A stretch of 64,000 nucleotides of DNA from Balanoglossus misakiensis (Eukaryota; Animalia; Hemichordata). Location of the stretch: the NCBI GenBank assembly GCA_040954595.2, contig CM082577.2:18946303-19010302 (forward strand). Reading direction: 5' to 3'. The notes under the pieces are model-generated. The model ran no database searches and was not told where the DNA came from. It was given only the letters and a program-made list of their open reading frames with translations. This document shows positions 14,405 through 28,423 of the stretch, piece after piece (the stretch's first letter is position 1; each line of letters begins with the position of its first letter). A program made the translations under genes and the position numbers.

Positions 14405-14689
14405 TATTATTTTATAGTTTTGTCAATGCCAGTGAATTTGCAGACGTCAAAAACATAAATAAAAACCCGTAGCAGCACTAACGCGAGCCGCCGGCATTCA
14501 CTGTGGCCCTGAATCTGAATACTCAATACAGCCTGAAACACTGCACAACATCGTGAAACCCATACAATCACTTCCTACACAAACAATATGACATCGACAG
14601 TATCGAAAACAATTTTTATTAACATTAAACAACAATACCTTGAAACATTTGAAAATCCATGTAAAGTACACAGATAAATTCGAAAAAAA

Positions 14690-16249
14690 TTATCCTTCAG
14701 TCATGTCCATAGCGGGGGGTGCGGGATTACCTGACAAGGTCACGTATACGGGCGCTTGAAAGGTACAGTTCGCGAACATACTGGAGAGGTGATTATGGCG
14801 GGACGCTGACATTGACGTCGAAACCACGGTCTGTTGATCTATGTTACATGGATTTGAAACCGGTTGTTGTCGTTGTTCGAGACTATTCTCGACAGGACCC
14901 GGCGGACAAAAAGCTTCACTGGATTTACCGGTGGCATGAGATTGGATTTCGCGATCACGACCGCGGCCGTTTCCATAAACGCTGTCTGAGAGACACGACG
15001 ACAGCTGACGTTGTTGGCCAGTGGAAGGTTGATTCGAGTAACTTTTGACGCTGGCTTCATTCACATGACCGCTAACATACATGATGTGACGTGTGTCAAA
15101 TCCAGCATCATCGAGAAGTTTGCAGGTGGTGGCCCGGATACAATGGTTAGTGTACATCTTGGACAATCCTGCTTCCTTACTCAGTGTTTTCATAAGCGAA
15201 CCTAGGGTATATTCGCCAATCGGCGCGTTTACGTACCAGCAAGACTCTTCGGGGTTGAATGGGGATTTTGGGCGTTGAAACAGTGAATTATTGGCAGGGT
15301 TTAATAAACCAATGTACTTTTGAAATGATGCAACAGGACAGCGGGGTGTTTTTGTCTCATACATTCTGGCGTGACAGGTGTAATTGTCGTCTGCACCACC
15401 GGCATGGTTTTTGACCTTTTCGTTGAACGTGTACTTCACGTATCGTTGACCGATGTCATCTCTTTTGATAACATAGGAAGACTTGGTCAAATTTCTTACA
15501 CCTTCACGACCTCTTCTACCAAAGTGCAACATGAGGTCAAACCAAACTTTCCGTTGGAGTCCAACATTGCTCGCAACTGAAAATATTGGGGACGTCGAAA
15601 GCTTTGCTAAATCGCCGGTGCTGATAGGTTGCTTGTGGGTTGTCGTATCTTTCCCTTCTTGCTTCATAGTTTTGATGACACCACGGAAAACGTAATTCGC
15701 GACTTGGAATTCTCTATCGTGCATAATATTGATTTTACGGTGGTAAGGGGGGCCGGTAATATGACGATGGAGCGAAGCGCGCAAACCGGATAATGATGAT
15801 TTGCCGTATTCTTGGCCATCTTGCTTACGGGTCGATGCGTAAAATTCGCGGAGGCGCTCTGCTCGCTGATCTACAGGAAGATGTTCAAAATCGCCTGAAT
15901 ATTTCTTAAAATCCAGCCATTCTACAAAGAAAACAAGCAAAATAAAGTCACGAACCTGAAGATTTCGTTAGATTTCATTTTTTTAAAATAAGGATTTAGT
16001 ATTTGACCTCGAGAAAAATTTGCATACGTAAACAAAGCCCTCCGTAACTTGACTAGGCTGCGACTCGGACCTGCAGCGGCTCGGTTATAATAATTGTGTT
16101 ACAAAACACAGTTCAGTCGAGAAAAATAAATTTTAAATACCTTTAAACACACGTACTCCCCACTTCGTTTGCTGTGTAGTCTTTTTCTCATTTCTAGCAT
16201 TTTCAAGGTTGTTTAGTTGGTTTTCGTCAACATCAAGGAATCGAGCCAT
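14690..16249 (-). CDS. Crypton tyrosine recombinase (DUF3504-like), 2 exons: 16141-16249 + 14690-15921, 446 aa
   Basis: Phase-1 GT-AG intron 15922-16140 joins MARFLDVDE...TKWGVRVFK to EWLDFKKY. Catalytic R (GRRGRE), HCIR, SGH and KSY are intact. AATAAA at 14615-14620. Confidence 0.92.
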
Positions 16250-17164
16250 GTTGTATACTGTGAACTGCGTTCTGTTTGTGTGCGAGCAGACGACGAGAAG
16301 ACTACGTCGCGCGCGTGTCGGTCGTGTTGGGCAGAAAAAATTACACAAATCGCAGAAAATGTTTTTGGAAATTAATAATTGTCACCATTATTGGTTTTAT
16401 TTTGTGATTTGGCATATATTTTACCCCTTAATTTTCTAATTTTCTTGTAAACCTACGTTAGTCATCAGAATTGTATACATTATGCTAGTTCTTGGGCGCG
16501 TCCACTGTAATAAAACGATACATTATCAGTAATAATGTATAGCTATGACGTCACAAAATTCACTGGTATTGATAAAGCTATAATATAATTGTTATTATTG
16601 TGATATATAGGTGAGAAATATATTGGAAAATGTCTTCATTACAAAAATATGTCGTGAAATTATTGACTAGCAAGAACCATGTGTATATGTATGGCCAAGG
16701 GGAAATTTTTAACTTCTAGTTCTGAACATTAAAGTTATTGCGCAGGCTACTGTAACCACATTCAAATAATACATACAATTTTCTGTTACACCAGTGCTTT
16801 GACCTTACAGTAATTAATTACTACTACACAGGTCAGGAACACTGAGAAGGCGGCCTTAAATTATGCATTTGGAATTGGTACATTTCAAATATATCTAAAT
16901 TGTACCAATTTTAGTCAAGAAATATGTATACCTTAGGTAGCTTTTGTTTTCAAACAAATGGTTCATTAGGTATACCTAAATTATGGTTCATTTGGTATAC
17001 CTATTTATGGCAAAACGACCAAATCCAAGATTTTTTTTCCAACCTATTGAGGCATTTCAGGAATACCTAAATAGTACCTTTTCAATCGAAAAAGTATACT
17101 TTTGGTATACCAATTAGTAAATTTAAAGACCAAATCTGGACTACCTAAGGTAGCCCTTTTTTAA

Positions 17165-17958
17165 GATGGGTCCCCGGGATCTTTTTGCCCGTTGCTATGG
17201 GCCTTTATAGGACACTACACTCAATTTTGATCGAAACCGTTACGAACGTCCGACAAGGGGCTTGTAACTAGTTAAAAATACACACGATTGTGTGCACACC
17301 CCCTGTCCGAGTATGTTTACGGCAGCTACCGCCCGGCCATAGGCCGCCACGCTAATACGGCAAAGCAGCGGTCAGTGATAGCGTGCGCGTCCTGTAACCA
17401 CAGTAACTGGATCGAACGCTAAAAATCCAATGTTTTGTACACAGAGATTTTGTACCGTTCACGAAAATCCCTAAGGCTTTTTTCATAGGCCACGTACGCC
17501 AGTCAAATTTGACCTGCTTGTTGAGAACACACTTCCGCACAGTGTGACAGATCGTTTTTTCGGTTTTCGTCGTGCTAAGAAGCGATACCGGTGGAAGAGT
17601 GCGTCCAAAAACACCCAAAATCGATGACTTTTTCTGGTGTGGTACGGGTATGCTGAAATCGTAGGATACAACGATAATATTCGAAAACAAAATCCGTCAC
17701 GATCTTCCCTGGTTCAAGCAACTAATGAATACGTATCAAGTTCGTTTTGAGGTCACGGAATAAAAAGCCTTAGGCTTTTGAAATTTGACCTAGCTAATTT
17801 GCATATCAATGGCGTCAGGGGGCGCGCGCTCACAATCGTGCAGATTTTCAACTAGTTACCAGCCCCTTGTTAGACTCTGAAAACGGCTTAGTCCAAATCG
17901 GGGTGTAATGTCCTGCAAAGGCCCATAGCAACGGGCAAAAAGATCCCGGGGACCCATC
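17165..17958. mobile_element. Non-autonomous TIR element, Kolobok-like MITE (794 bp)
   Basis: TTAA TSD (single TTAA at empty sites, e.g. 6181-6184). 42-bp perfect TIR GATGGGTCCCCGGGATC...; purine-purine start. Confidence 0.85.
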
Positions 17959-18688
17959 TTAAAGCAATAGGTACATTTTAAGTATACCTAAATAGTACCT
18001 ATTTAGTCCGGGAAAGTATACCTTAGGTATATTTCTAGTGTACTTGAATTTCGTAAGTGTGTTCCTGCACACCACCCTATTGCTGCACAATTCCTGCACA
18101 GGCTACCCTATTGCTGCACAGTTCCTGCACACAGGCCATCTTACTACTGCACAGTTCTTGCAGACTGTCCTATTCCTGCACAGTTACCGCTTGCCTTTTT
18201 CCTGCACTAGTGCAGCAACACCTCATTTGCATGCGAAAAAGTCGCCTTGCAGCAGAGCTGCAGCAACTTTCTATTGCACCGGTGCTGCAACCTTGTGGTA
18301 TTGCTACTGCACCAGTGCAGCAACACTGTGCAGGAGGCCTTAAATTTTCATAAGGGCTATAGGTATGCACATAATTAATGATGTTTGAATATGATACTAG
18401 AAATGTACAGTACACTGATACACTGATCAGCTGACCTTTTGTTTACGCATACGCCATTGCTCCGTTCTCGATCTGTCTCCGAGTCTGAATTTTTCGCACC
18501 TATAGATTTTAAAGATTTTTGAAGTCTGCAAATTCACTGGCATTGACAAAACTATAACATAATAAGTATAATGTACGCCCCATAATGTACTCGGCATTCG
18601 CCTCGCACATTATGTTGCACAATGTGTGCTTTCGTCCATTATGGGTCTTCGGGGCGTACATTATTCTCTAACCAATGATCATTGCTCA

Positions 18689-18847
<159 letters not shown>

Positions 18848-19004
18848 CTTAAAATACCATGGAATCATAGAACAATGAACTCACTGTGTTGTAATGTCCA
18901 TTTTCTCTTTTGGTGATTTTTTTATCAAAGTGTCACACACCCCAGCATGCAAGAAATTTCTCAATATATATACTGCTATCGCAGCAAAACATACCACTAC
19001 TTTT

Positions 19005-19132
19005 AATATCCACCACCTGAGACACCTCTCTCTGTGCGTTTTTGGCTTCGGAAACGAAGCAAAAAATATACTCGATGTTGGGTCAAGGTACCTTTCATCC
19101 GATTTACACGTCCCCCAGGCGCATCTCTTCAC
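19005..19132 (-). pseudogene. THAP fragment copy
   Basis: As 386-513. Confidence 0.75.
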
Positions 19133-19712
19133 TATTCTGGCCGATATTTTAAAACCATTAAGTTCCTAAAACTGAAAAAAAACTTCCAGTCTGTCTATCT
19201 CTAACTGAGCGTGTACTGTAGGCTGGGCCATGTTGTTGATTATATGTGGGACAAAATGGCGGTTGTATGAACAGCATGACTTTTCTCGGCTCTGATTGGC
19301 TGAGGGTTCAGTGTGATTGACAGCTGTGGAACCATGAATTGTAAGGGAGCCTTGTGCCTTTTACCAGGCACCCGCTTGCGTGAACACACCTCACATGAAT
19401 GCACCCACGATCTGACATTTACGGACATGCCATGCCAGTAATACCTCTGCCTCACCTTGTCAAGTGTTTTTGTCATCCCTAAGTGACCACCTGCGTTTGC
19501 ATCATGCAACCCTCCAATCACCACATTATGACACACTTTAGGCAGAATTAATTGCCATTTCACTAAAGTCCCATCAGCCGACTCCCACCTCCTGAACAGC
19601 ACACCCCTGTAGACTATCAATTGTTCATACATAGCCCAGTATGCCTTCGTGGCTGCCGAACACGGAGAGATCTCGTTCCAGTCTAGTCGACTTTCCCTCC
19701 CCTCCCTAGCCT

Positions 19713-21500
19713 TCAAGACAACTGAAATATCAGGATCACTAAGTTGACAATCTCTAAGCTTTTCACTGGACCAAACGACTTCCCTGGCAACAACCTCTGC
19801 CTTTGTTGCCAAGGCATTCTCCCCAATGCCCTCCGCGGTTGGCCAGTCCTGCTCATCACAGCTGCCAGGATCAAAATTTTCCCAATCACCTGGACAGCTG
19901 TCCTTGTTGTCATAGCCGTATCAAACAATCTGCAACCCTCTACTTTGGCATTTTTGTCCTGAGAACTGTCATCTAGTCTATCGGTCCCTCCACACTCTGG
20001 TAGTTCACGGTACAACTGTTCGGACCGTACAACACTATTTTGTCTCATCGATGGAGATTTGCATTCAAACTCTGGTGCAAGTGGATTCAACGCACCTGTA
20101 CCATTAGTGGTGGTTGGTTCGTGTGCCATACCACACTGTTTGCACTCACGCACTGGTTTCCGAGATAGCGCATCAGCATTTCCATGGCGTACACCGGGAC
20201 GATGGATACAGGTATAGTCAAAGCGACCGAGCGTCTCTAACCACCTAGCCAACTGCCCCTCTGGGTTCTTGAAATTAAGCAACCACACTAATGCAGCATG
20301 GTCAGTCCTCAGTGTGAATTTCTGGCCCAGTAAGTAGTGTTTGAAGTATTTTGTGTACTCGATTACAGCCAACAGTTCACGACGCGTTACACAGTACTTC
20401 CTTTCAGCACCCGATAGCACTCGGCCCGCATAACTAACAGGTCTCTCTGGGCCACCCTGTACTTGGCTCAACACTGCCCCTACGCCAATACCGCTAGCAT
20501 CTGTATCCAGTATGAACACACCCTTTTCCATCGGAAAAGCCAAAACTGGTGCCGATGTTAGTCTTGCCTTGAGCTGATCAAATGCGTTTTGACAATTCTC
20601 TGTCCAAGCAAATACAGAATCTTTCTTTGTTAAGTCATGAAGAGGACGGGCCAATTCAGCAAACCCCTGTACAAAGCGTCTGTAGTATGACGCCAGCCCC
20701 AAGAAGCTTCTTACTTCTGTGACAGTCGCAGGAATCGGCCAGTCTCTAATAGCCTTGACCTTTCCTGGATCAGTAGCAACCCCTTCCCGAGAAACACGAT
20801 GCCCCAAAAACTCAACACTGCGTGCAAAAAGCACACACTTACTCGGCTTTAATTTGAGATTTGAAGTACGAAGACGTTCAAATACCTTGCACAACCTTTC
20901 CAACTCTTCATCAAATGATCTGCCAAATATTATGATGTCATCTAGATACAAAAGCGGTATTTCCCACTGCATACCGGTAAAGACGCGCTCCATCAGACGT
21001 TCAAATGTACTAGGGGCATTACACAACCCAAACGGGAGCACCCTCCACTGATAGAGTCCACTGCGCGTGACAAATGCGTTCTTTACTTTAGATCCCTTGT
21101 CCAGTTCTACCTGCCAATACCCTGCTTGGAGGTCTAGCGTAGAAAACCATTCCGACCCGTACAACGCATCTAAAGAATCGTTTATTCGTGGTATAGGGTA
21201 GGCATCTTTAATTGACACAGCGTTCAATTTTCTATAATCAACGCACAATCTTTGTGACCCATCTTTCTTACTATTAAGTACACACGGGGCTGCCCATGGA
21301 CTAGTTGATTCTTCTATCAAACCCCGCTGTAACAAGTCAGAAACCTGTCGTTCTATTTCTTCCCGTTTCCATACCGGAGTTCGATATGCGGGTTGCCTTA
21401 CTGGCGTGGCATTATTGGTTTCAATTTTATGCCGAATGATCCCAGTTTTACCAATATCATGATCTCCCTGACTAAACACATCATGGTACAGTGTCAACAT
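19713..21500 (-). pseudogene. pol: Gypsy RT/RNase H, copy 2
   Basis: YLDD, DTDAS motifs. Confidence 0.95.
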
Positions 21501-21562
21501 CTTTGAAACCCTTTCTTGTTGGTAAACTGATCAATTTTTGCAACTTCTTGTGTATAAATCCA

Positions 21563-22480
21563 CTACATGACCTGGAAGAGGAACATTGCTCCCAGGGCAG
21601 GCTTTTGCCTCTTCAGTGCCAGAGGGCGCTCTATCACTGTCATTACCCCAAGATTCAACTGCACACTGATCGGCTCGGAGTAACTCACAACAGTACCAGC
21701 CCTCACATGTACAGGTTCAACACTAGCATTGAGAACTCTAACTGGTAAATGGGTAGATCTCGTGGTCACTAAAGCTTTACATGTCATAATGCCTTGCTCC
21801 AGCAATTTACCCCCTTGTACTGGTAACAAAACCGCTGTAAGACAAGTATCCGGGGAAGACTTATCTGTTCTCCCCACCCAGGTCGAATGAATTCTCATTC
21901 CCTGTGCACACCCACTTCCAACCTTTGCTGGTCCCGCAAACCAAGGTTCACTGGCGATGGGAGTCTTACACATTTTAGCCGGAATAATCATTTCATGTCC
22001 AGGGGGAACAAAAACGTCTCCCGCTACCTTTACACGACAAATGAACGGTTTCATTGTACCAGTGTTACTACATTTCAACCGTTCCCCTTTAATGACTAGC
22101 TCCCCTGTCCCTGTATCAATAATACACCCAATTGAATGTAGAAAGCTCATACCAATAATGCCATCAGAGCATAGTTCAGCTACTAATACCGGAGAGATAG
22201 CCCTAGCCCCACCCAAGCAGATATCTAGGTTAACAACTCCACTAACCATAAGTGGTGTACCATCAGCTTGGTTCACCTTTACATTTATTGGTTGCAATGC
22301 ACCGTGAACTCCCACTGAAATTTTCCTATACATTTCTTCTGATATCACCATATCAGTTGCTCCCGTATCAACCAGAAAATTCCCCGATACACCACCGGCA
22401 GAGGCCTGTATGTACATACTTCTGACACTTGTATTGTTATTAGCCGGTTGAATTTCCCTAATATTTCCAGTAGTCTGCAC
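21563..22480 (-). pseudogene. Gypsy protease region, copy 2
   Basis: DTGA motif. Confidence 0.9.
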
Positions 22481-22551
22481 ACACTGATCAACTGCCTCCC
22501 CTTTGGGTCCATACTGGTTGGCTGAGGGTTGACCCGACTTCCGCTCAGCCC

Positions 22552-23265
22552 CTAATCGTTTCCCGAAACCTTGGGTCGGGTGGGACAGTCCCGCTTCAGA
22601 TGCCCTGATTCATTACAGTGCCAACACAAACGGCCACCAGAGGGCGCACCACTCTGAGCTTGTCCAGATGGGTTTTTTATACTAGTGTTGACAACACGGG
22701 CCTTAACCTTTTGGTCAAGTTCAGCTAATTTGTCGGTGATCAAATCAACTTTGTTTGCTATCACCCCTATCACTGACTCCAGAGTCTGAGCCATTTTTGC
22801 GTCACCCGCTTCAATACCTCTCACTTGTTTACCCAACCCTTTATTGGTTTCAGGGCCACGGCTTTTCTCTAATAACTGAAAATTCTCTTCCCAAACTGTA
22901 GCCTGTATAACGTCGTCAAGTGTGGCACAGGGGGTCCTACCCGCTTCATTAACACGCCTACGCATAGCAGAATCAGTCATTGAATTGAAAAATGCGTCTA
23001 TACATAGCCGTTCGAATATGTGACCTTTGGCATCAGGGTACCCAAGTGTTACCATTTCCCTGATATCCTGTCCAAGCCCACTTAGAGACTCGCTGGGCTT
23101 GAGTACTCTTTGTCTTAATTTTAAACGATAGGTGTCTTCCTGTCTCCCAAAACCAAATCTATGATCTAGTAGTTTGCACAGTTTCTGGTATGTCAATGAC
23201 TTTCTGTCAATTGATGTTAACAGCCGCTGGGCTGCCCCATACAACATGGCTTGGAGATACTTCAA
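22552..23265 (-). pseudogene. gag: Gypsy gag, copy 2
   Basis: CCHC knuckle. The frame extends upstream without an ATG. Confidence 0.9.
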
Positions 23266-25550
23266 CTTTTCAACCTCTCTCCACTCATTTATTTCCGCAT
23301 AAATTTCAAAGTGTGCGAAATAATCATGCCATGCAAGCGATCCATCATACTTATCAGGCTTAAGTATGGACCCGTGTTTACCTGTACATGATTTGCTATA
23401 GATCCTTCACTACGCACGGCGATATACCGCAGTGCAAAATCGGTCAGTCAATAGTTAAATCACTTCACTGGAGAACACACAATTTCCATCCTCCTGAACC
23501 AAATACCTAGAAAACCCTAGCTAAACCTTGCAATCGAATTTCCTAACAGACTATCGTTGTTTCCCGTTCCGGCAGATAATTGTTTAGCTACCGTGTAGAG
23601 CGGGTAGATGAATCCACCCACATAAGGAGTATGCCCCCGGCCCTACGCGGTTTGTGCAACGTGCCGGATCGAACAACAACGACGTCTACCCAGTATGCAA
23701 GATGGCTACAATATGGTGCCAAAACGCATACACTCGCCTACACTAACAGAGTTACTTACAGCAGATCTGGAAACCGATGCGTTCACCATGCAGTACAACT
23801 ATCCCAACCTCTGCACACCAATGTTGTAGTTTTCTCAGCGTAGCTAGATTTCTCGTCGTGGACCCGGTAATGGTAGCGTCGCCCACGATGAAATCCTCCC
23901 GTACACTTCGACTGGACTACCAACCACCTCGACAGGGTCGGATCGCTTGGAATAGTTGTCAGTGAACACCCTCTCACATGTACATTGACTCAGCGCAACA
24001 CAAGCCGGAACAATTAACAAGAACAACGGATTTATGTGTATTTCGACTGTGTTACAAACTTTCACGTCTGCCCAGTTCGGAGGTGGAAACCCAAGAGAGC
24101 GAGAATGAGGTGAATCCTCAGCAAAAGTAGCCAGCCCCAACTATTACCCAATCAGCACGAATGTGAAGTTCACGTGATATAGTCCGGCCAATCACAGTTC
24201 CAGCCTGCTTCCTGAGGCTCAAGCAGCGGTAACTTTGCAAGGTTTTCCATGACATTATTGTGATATATAGGTGAGAAATATATTGGAAAATGTCTTCATT
24301 ACAAAAATATGTCGTGAAATTATTGACTAGCAAGAACCATGTGTATATGTATGGCCAAGGGGAAATTTTTAACTTCTAGTTCTGAACATTAACGTTATTG
24401 CGCAGGCTACTGTAACCACAGTCAAATAATACATACAATTTTCTGTTGCACCAGTGCTTTGACCTTACAGTAATTAATTACTACTACACAGGTCAGGAAC
24501 ACTGAAAAGGCGGCCTTAAATTATGCATTTGGTATTGGTACATTTCGGATATATCTAAATTGTACCAATTTTAGTCTAGAAATATGTATACCTTAGGTAG
24601 CTTTTGTTTTCAAACAAATGGTTCATTAGGTATACCTAAATTATGGTTCATTGGGTATACCTATTTATGGCAAAACGACCAAATCCAAGATTTTTTTTCC
24701 AACCGAATGAGGCATTTCAGGAATACCTAAATAGTACCTTTTCAATCGAAAAAGTATACTTTTGGAATACCAATTGGTAAATTTAAAGACCAAATCTGGA
24801 CTACCTAAGGTAGCCCTTTTTTAAAGCAATAGGTACATTTTAAGTATACCTAAATAGTACCTATTTAGTCCGGGAAAGTATACCTAAGGTATATTTCTAG
24901 TGTACCAGAATTTCGTAAGGGTGTTCCTGCACACCACCCTATTGCTGCACAGTTCCTGCACAGGCCACCCTATTGCTGCACAGTTCCTGCACACAGGCCA
25001 TCTTACTACTGCACAGTTCTTGCAGACTGTCCTATTCCTGCACAGTTACCGCTTGCCTTTTTCCTGCACTAGTGCAGCAACACCTCATTTGCATGCGAAA
25101 AAGTCGCCATGCAGCAGAGCTGCAGCAACTTTCTACTGCACCGGTGCTGCAACCGTGTGGTATTGCTACTGCACCAGTGCAGCAACACTGTGCAGGAGGC
25201 CTTAAATTTTCATAAGGGCTATAGGTATGCACATAATTAATGATGTTTGAATATGATACTAGAAATGTACAGTACACTGATACACTGATCAGCTGACCTT
25301 TTGTTTACGCATACGCCATTGCTCCGTTCTCGATCTGTCTCCGAGTCTGAATTTTTCGCACCTATAGATTTTAAAGATTTTTGAAGTCTGCAAATTCACT
25401 GGCATTGACAAAACTATAACATAATAAGTATAATGTACGCCCCATAATGTACTCGGCATTCGCCTCGCACATTATGTTGCACAATGTGTGCTTTCGTCCA
25501 TTATGGGTCTTCGGGGCGTACATTATTCTCTAACCAATGATCATTGCTTA

Positions 25551-25988
<438 letters not shown>

Positions 25989-26173
25989 CTGTTGAGGGTA
26001 AAGTAGAGAACACATCGTCAAGTGATTTGGCTTACAGACTGACCAACACAGACGTGGACAAGGGTGTTATGTCCATGAAAATCTACCTAAATATGTACAT
26101 TCGCAATGGCAGAATTCATGAATGTTCCTGCAAACATCTTCAAAGAGGTACCTTGACTACCCAGTGACATTAA

Positions 26174-26796
26174 CCCTTTGAACCTCGCTCGGAGGTTTAC
26201 CGCCGCAGGATGACCTTTTGACCCCTAATTTTTCAATATGCTGACGTCAAGGCATTTTCCCGCCGACATTGTAAATCCAGCCATATGAAAGCAAGTTAGA
26301 AAGCTAGGGGACCCTAATGTGACCTTCCAAATGACTTGAAATCGATTCCTATGCGAGCGACTACATAAAAAATAGTGATATCCAAGCAGCGATTTTTAGC
26401 GAAAGTTGACTGAGATTTAAAAATGGCGACCCGACGACAGTTACGCATTGATCCATTGCAAGACGAGGATGCTTTCTGGGCTCATTTTGACCGAGTACTA
26501 GTAGATAGTAGCTCAGAAAGTGAAGATGAAGAACAAGACCAGCCTGACATCGTTATGGACCAAGATGGTGACCCCAACCGCGCGAACGATGAAGAAGAAT
26601 TTGAGCCAGAGCCCGCGATCCAGCCACCCCCACCAGTTCGGCAAGGAGTGAGAAGACTGCCCCGTGCCCGCGAAGTAAACCCACCACCTATGATATGGCA
26701 GGGCAACATAATAAACGGTAGGCAGGCTCCTATTTATAATCAACGACGTGGACCGACGAGACAAATGCCAGCTGACAGTACACCATTAGATTATTT
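26174..26796 (+). mobile_element. piggyBac 5' fragment copy
   Basis: As 7528-8150. Confidence 0.8.
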
Positions 26797-27630
26797 TCGG
26801 ACATAAAGTCATCGTCATCGTCGTGTCGTGTCACAATCATTATTTTGGACATATGCTTACTGTGTGATGAAAGGTGAGAGCCCAGTCAAAAGGTCGGGCT
26901 GAATAATACAGAGACTCTGAAAATATTGTACCTTATTCTTATCAAACACGTTGATGGATATTTTGACAATTGTGACATGTGAACATTTACAAAAAAATGA
27001 AATAAATTTGCTTCAAACTCATTGGCAAAACAAGGACATGGAGTTGCTGTATATTTGTTATTATTGTGATATATAGGTGAGAAATATATTGGAAAATGTC
27101 TTCATTACAAAAATATGTCGTGAAATTATTGACTAGCAAGAACCATGTGTATATGTATGGCCAAGGGGAAATTTTTAACTTCTAGTTCTGAACATTAAAG
27201 TTATTGCGCAGGCTACTGTAACCACATTCAAATAATACATACAATTTTCTGTTACACCAGTGCTTTGACCTTACAGTAATTAATTACTACTACACAGGTC
27301 AGGAACACTGATAAGGCGGCCTTAAATTATGCATTTGGAATTGGTACATTTCAAATATATCTAAATTGTACCAATTTTAGTCAAGAAATATGTATACCTT
27401 AGGTAGCTTTTGTTTTCAAACAAATGGTTCATTAGGTATACCTAAATTATGGTTCATTTGGTATACCTATTTATGGCAAAACGACCAAATCCAAGATTTT
27501 TTTTCCAACCTATTGAGGCATTTCAGGAATACCTAAATAGTACCTTTTCAATCGAAAAAGTATACTTTTGGTATACCAATTAGTAAATTTAAAGACCAAA
27601 TCTGGACTACCTAAGGTAGCCCTTTTTTAA

Positions 27631-28423
27631 GATGGGTCCCCGGGATCTTTTTGCCCGTTGCTATGGGCCTTTATAGGACACTACACTCAATTTTGATCGA
27701 AACCGTTATGAACGTCCGACAAGGGGCTTGTAACTAGTTAAAAATACACACGATTGTGTGCACACCCCCTGTCCGAGTATGTTTACGGCAGCTACCGCCC
27801 GGCCATAGGCCGCCATGCTAATACGGCAAAGCAGCGGTCAGCGATAGCGTGCGCGTCCTGTAACCACAGTAACTGGATCGAACGCTAAAAATCCAATGTT
27901 TTGTACACAGAGATTTTGTACCGTTCACGAAAATCCCTAAGGCTTTTTTCATAGGCCACGTACGCCAGTCAAATTTGACCTGCTTGTTGGGAACACTTCC
28001 GCACAGTGTGACAGATCGTTTTTTCGGTTTTCGTCGTGCTAAGAAGCGATACCGGTGGAAGAGTGCGTCCAAAAACACCCAAAATCGATGACTTTTTCTG
28101 GTGTGGTACGGGTATGCTGAAATCGTAGGATACAACGATAATATTCGAAAACAAAATCCGTCACGATCTTCCCTGGTTCAAGCAACTAATGAATACGTAT
28201 CAAGTTCGTTTTTGAGGTCACGGAATAAAAAGCCTTAGGCTTTTGAAATTTGACCTAGCTAATTTGCATATCAATGGCGTCAGGGGGCGCGCGCTCACAA
28301 TCGTGCAGATTTTCAACTAGTTACCAGCCCCTTGTTAGACTCTGAAAACGGCTTAGTCCAAATCGGGGTGTAATGTCCTGCAAAGGCCCATAGCAACGGG
28401 CAAAAAGATCCCGGGGACCCATC
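27631..28423. mobile_element. Kolobok-like MITE copy
   Basis: TTAA TSD, same TIR, same insertion site. Confidence 0.85.

Larger units (their letters stand above)
14264..16590 (-). mobile_element. Crypton (tyrosine recombinase DNA transposon), apparently full length
   Basis: Boundaries fixed by empty sites GCTGTATATTT|GTTATTATTG (27056/27057, also ~39338 and ~59139). Only TT is shared at both ends; no conventional TIR/TSD. Confidence 0.93.
19337..24254 (-). mobile_element. Gypsy copy 2 (LTR 23822-24254)
   Basis: Same truncation and frameshifts as copy 1; LTR is 22 bp longer. Confidence 0.96.
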
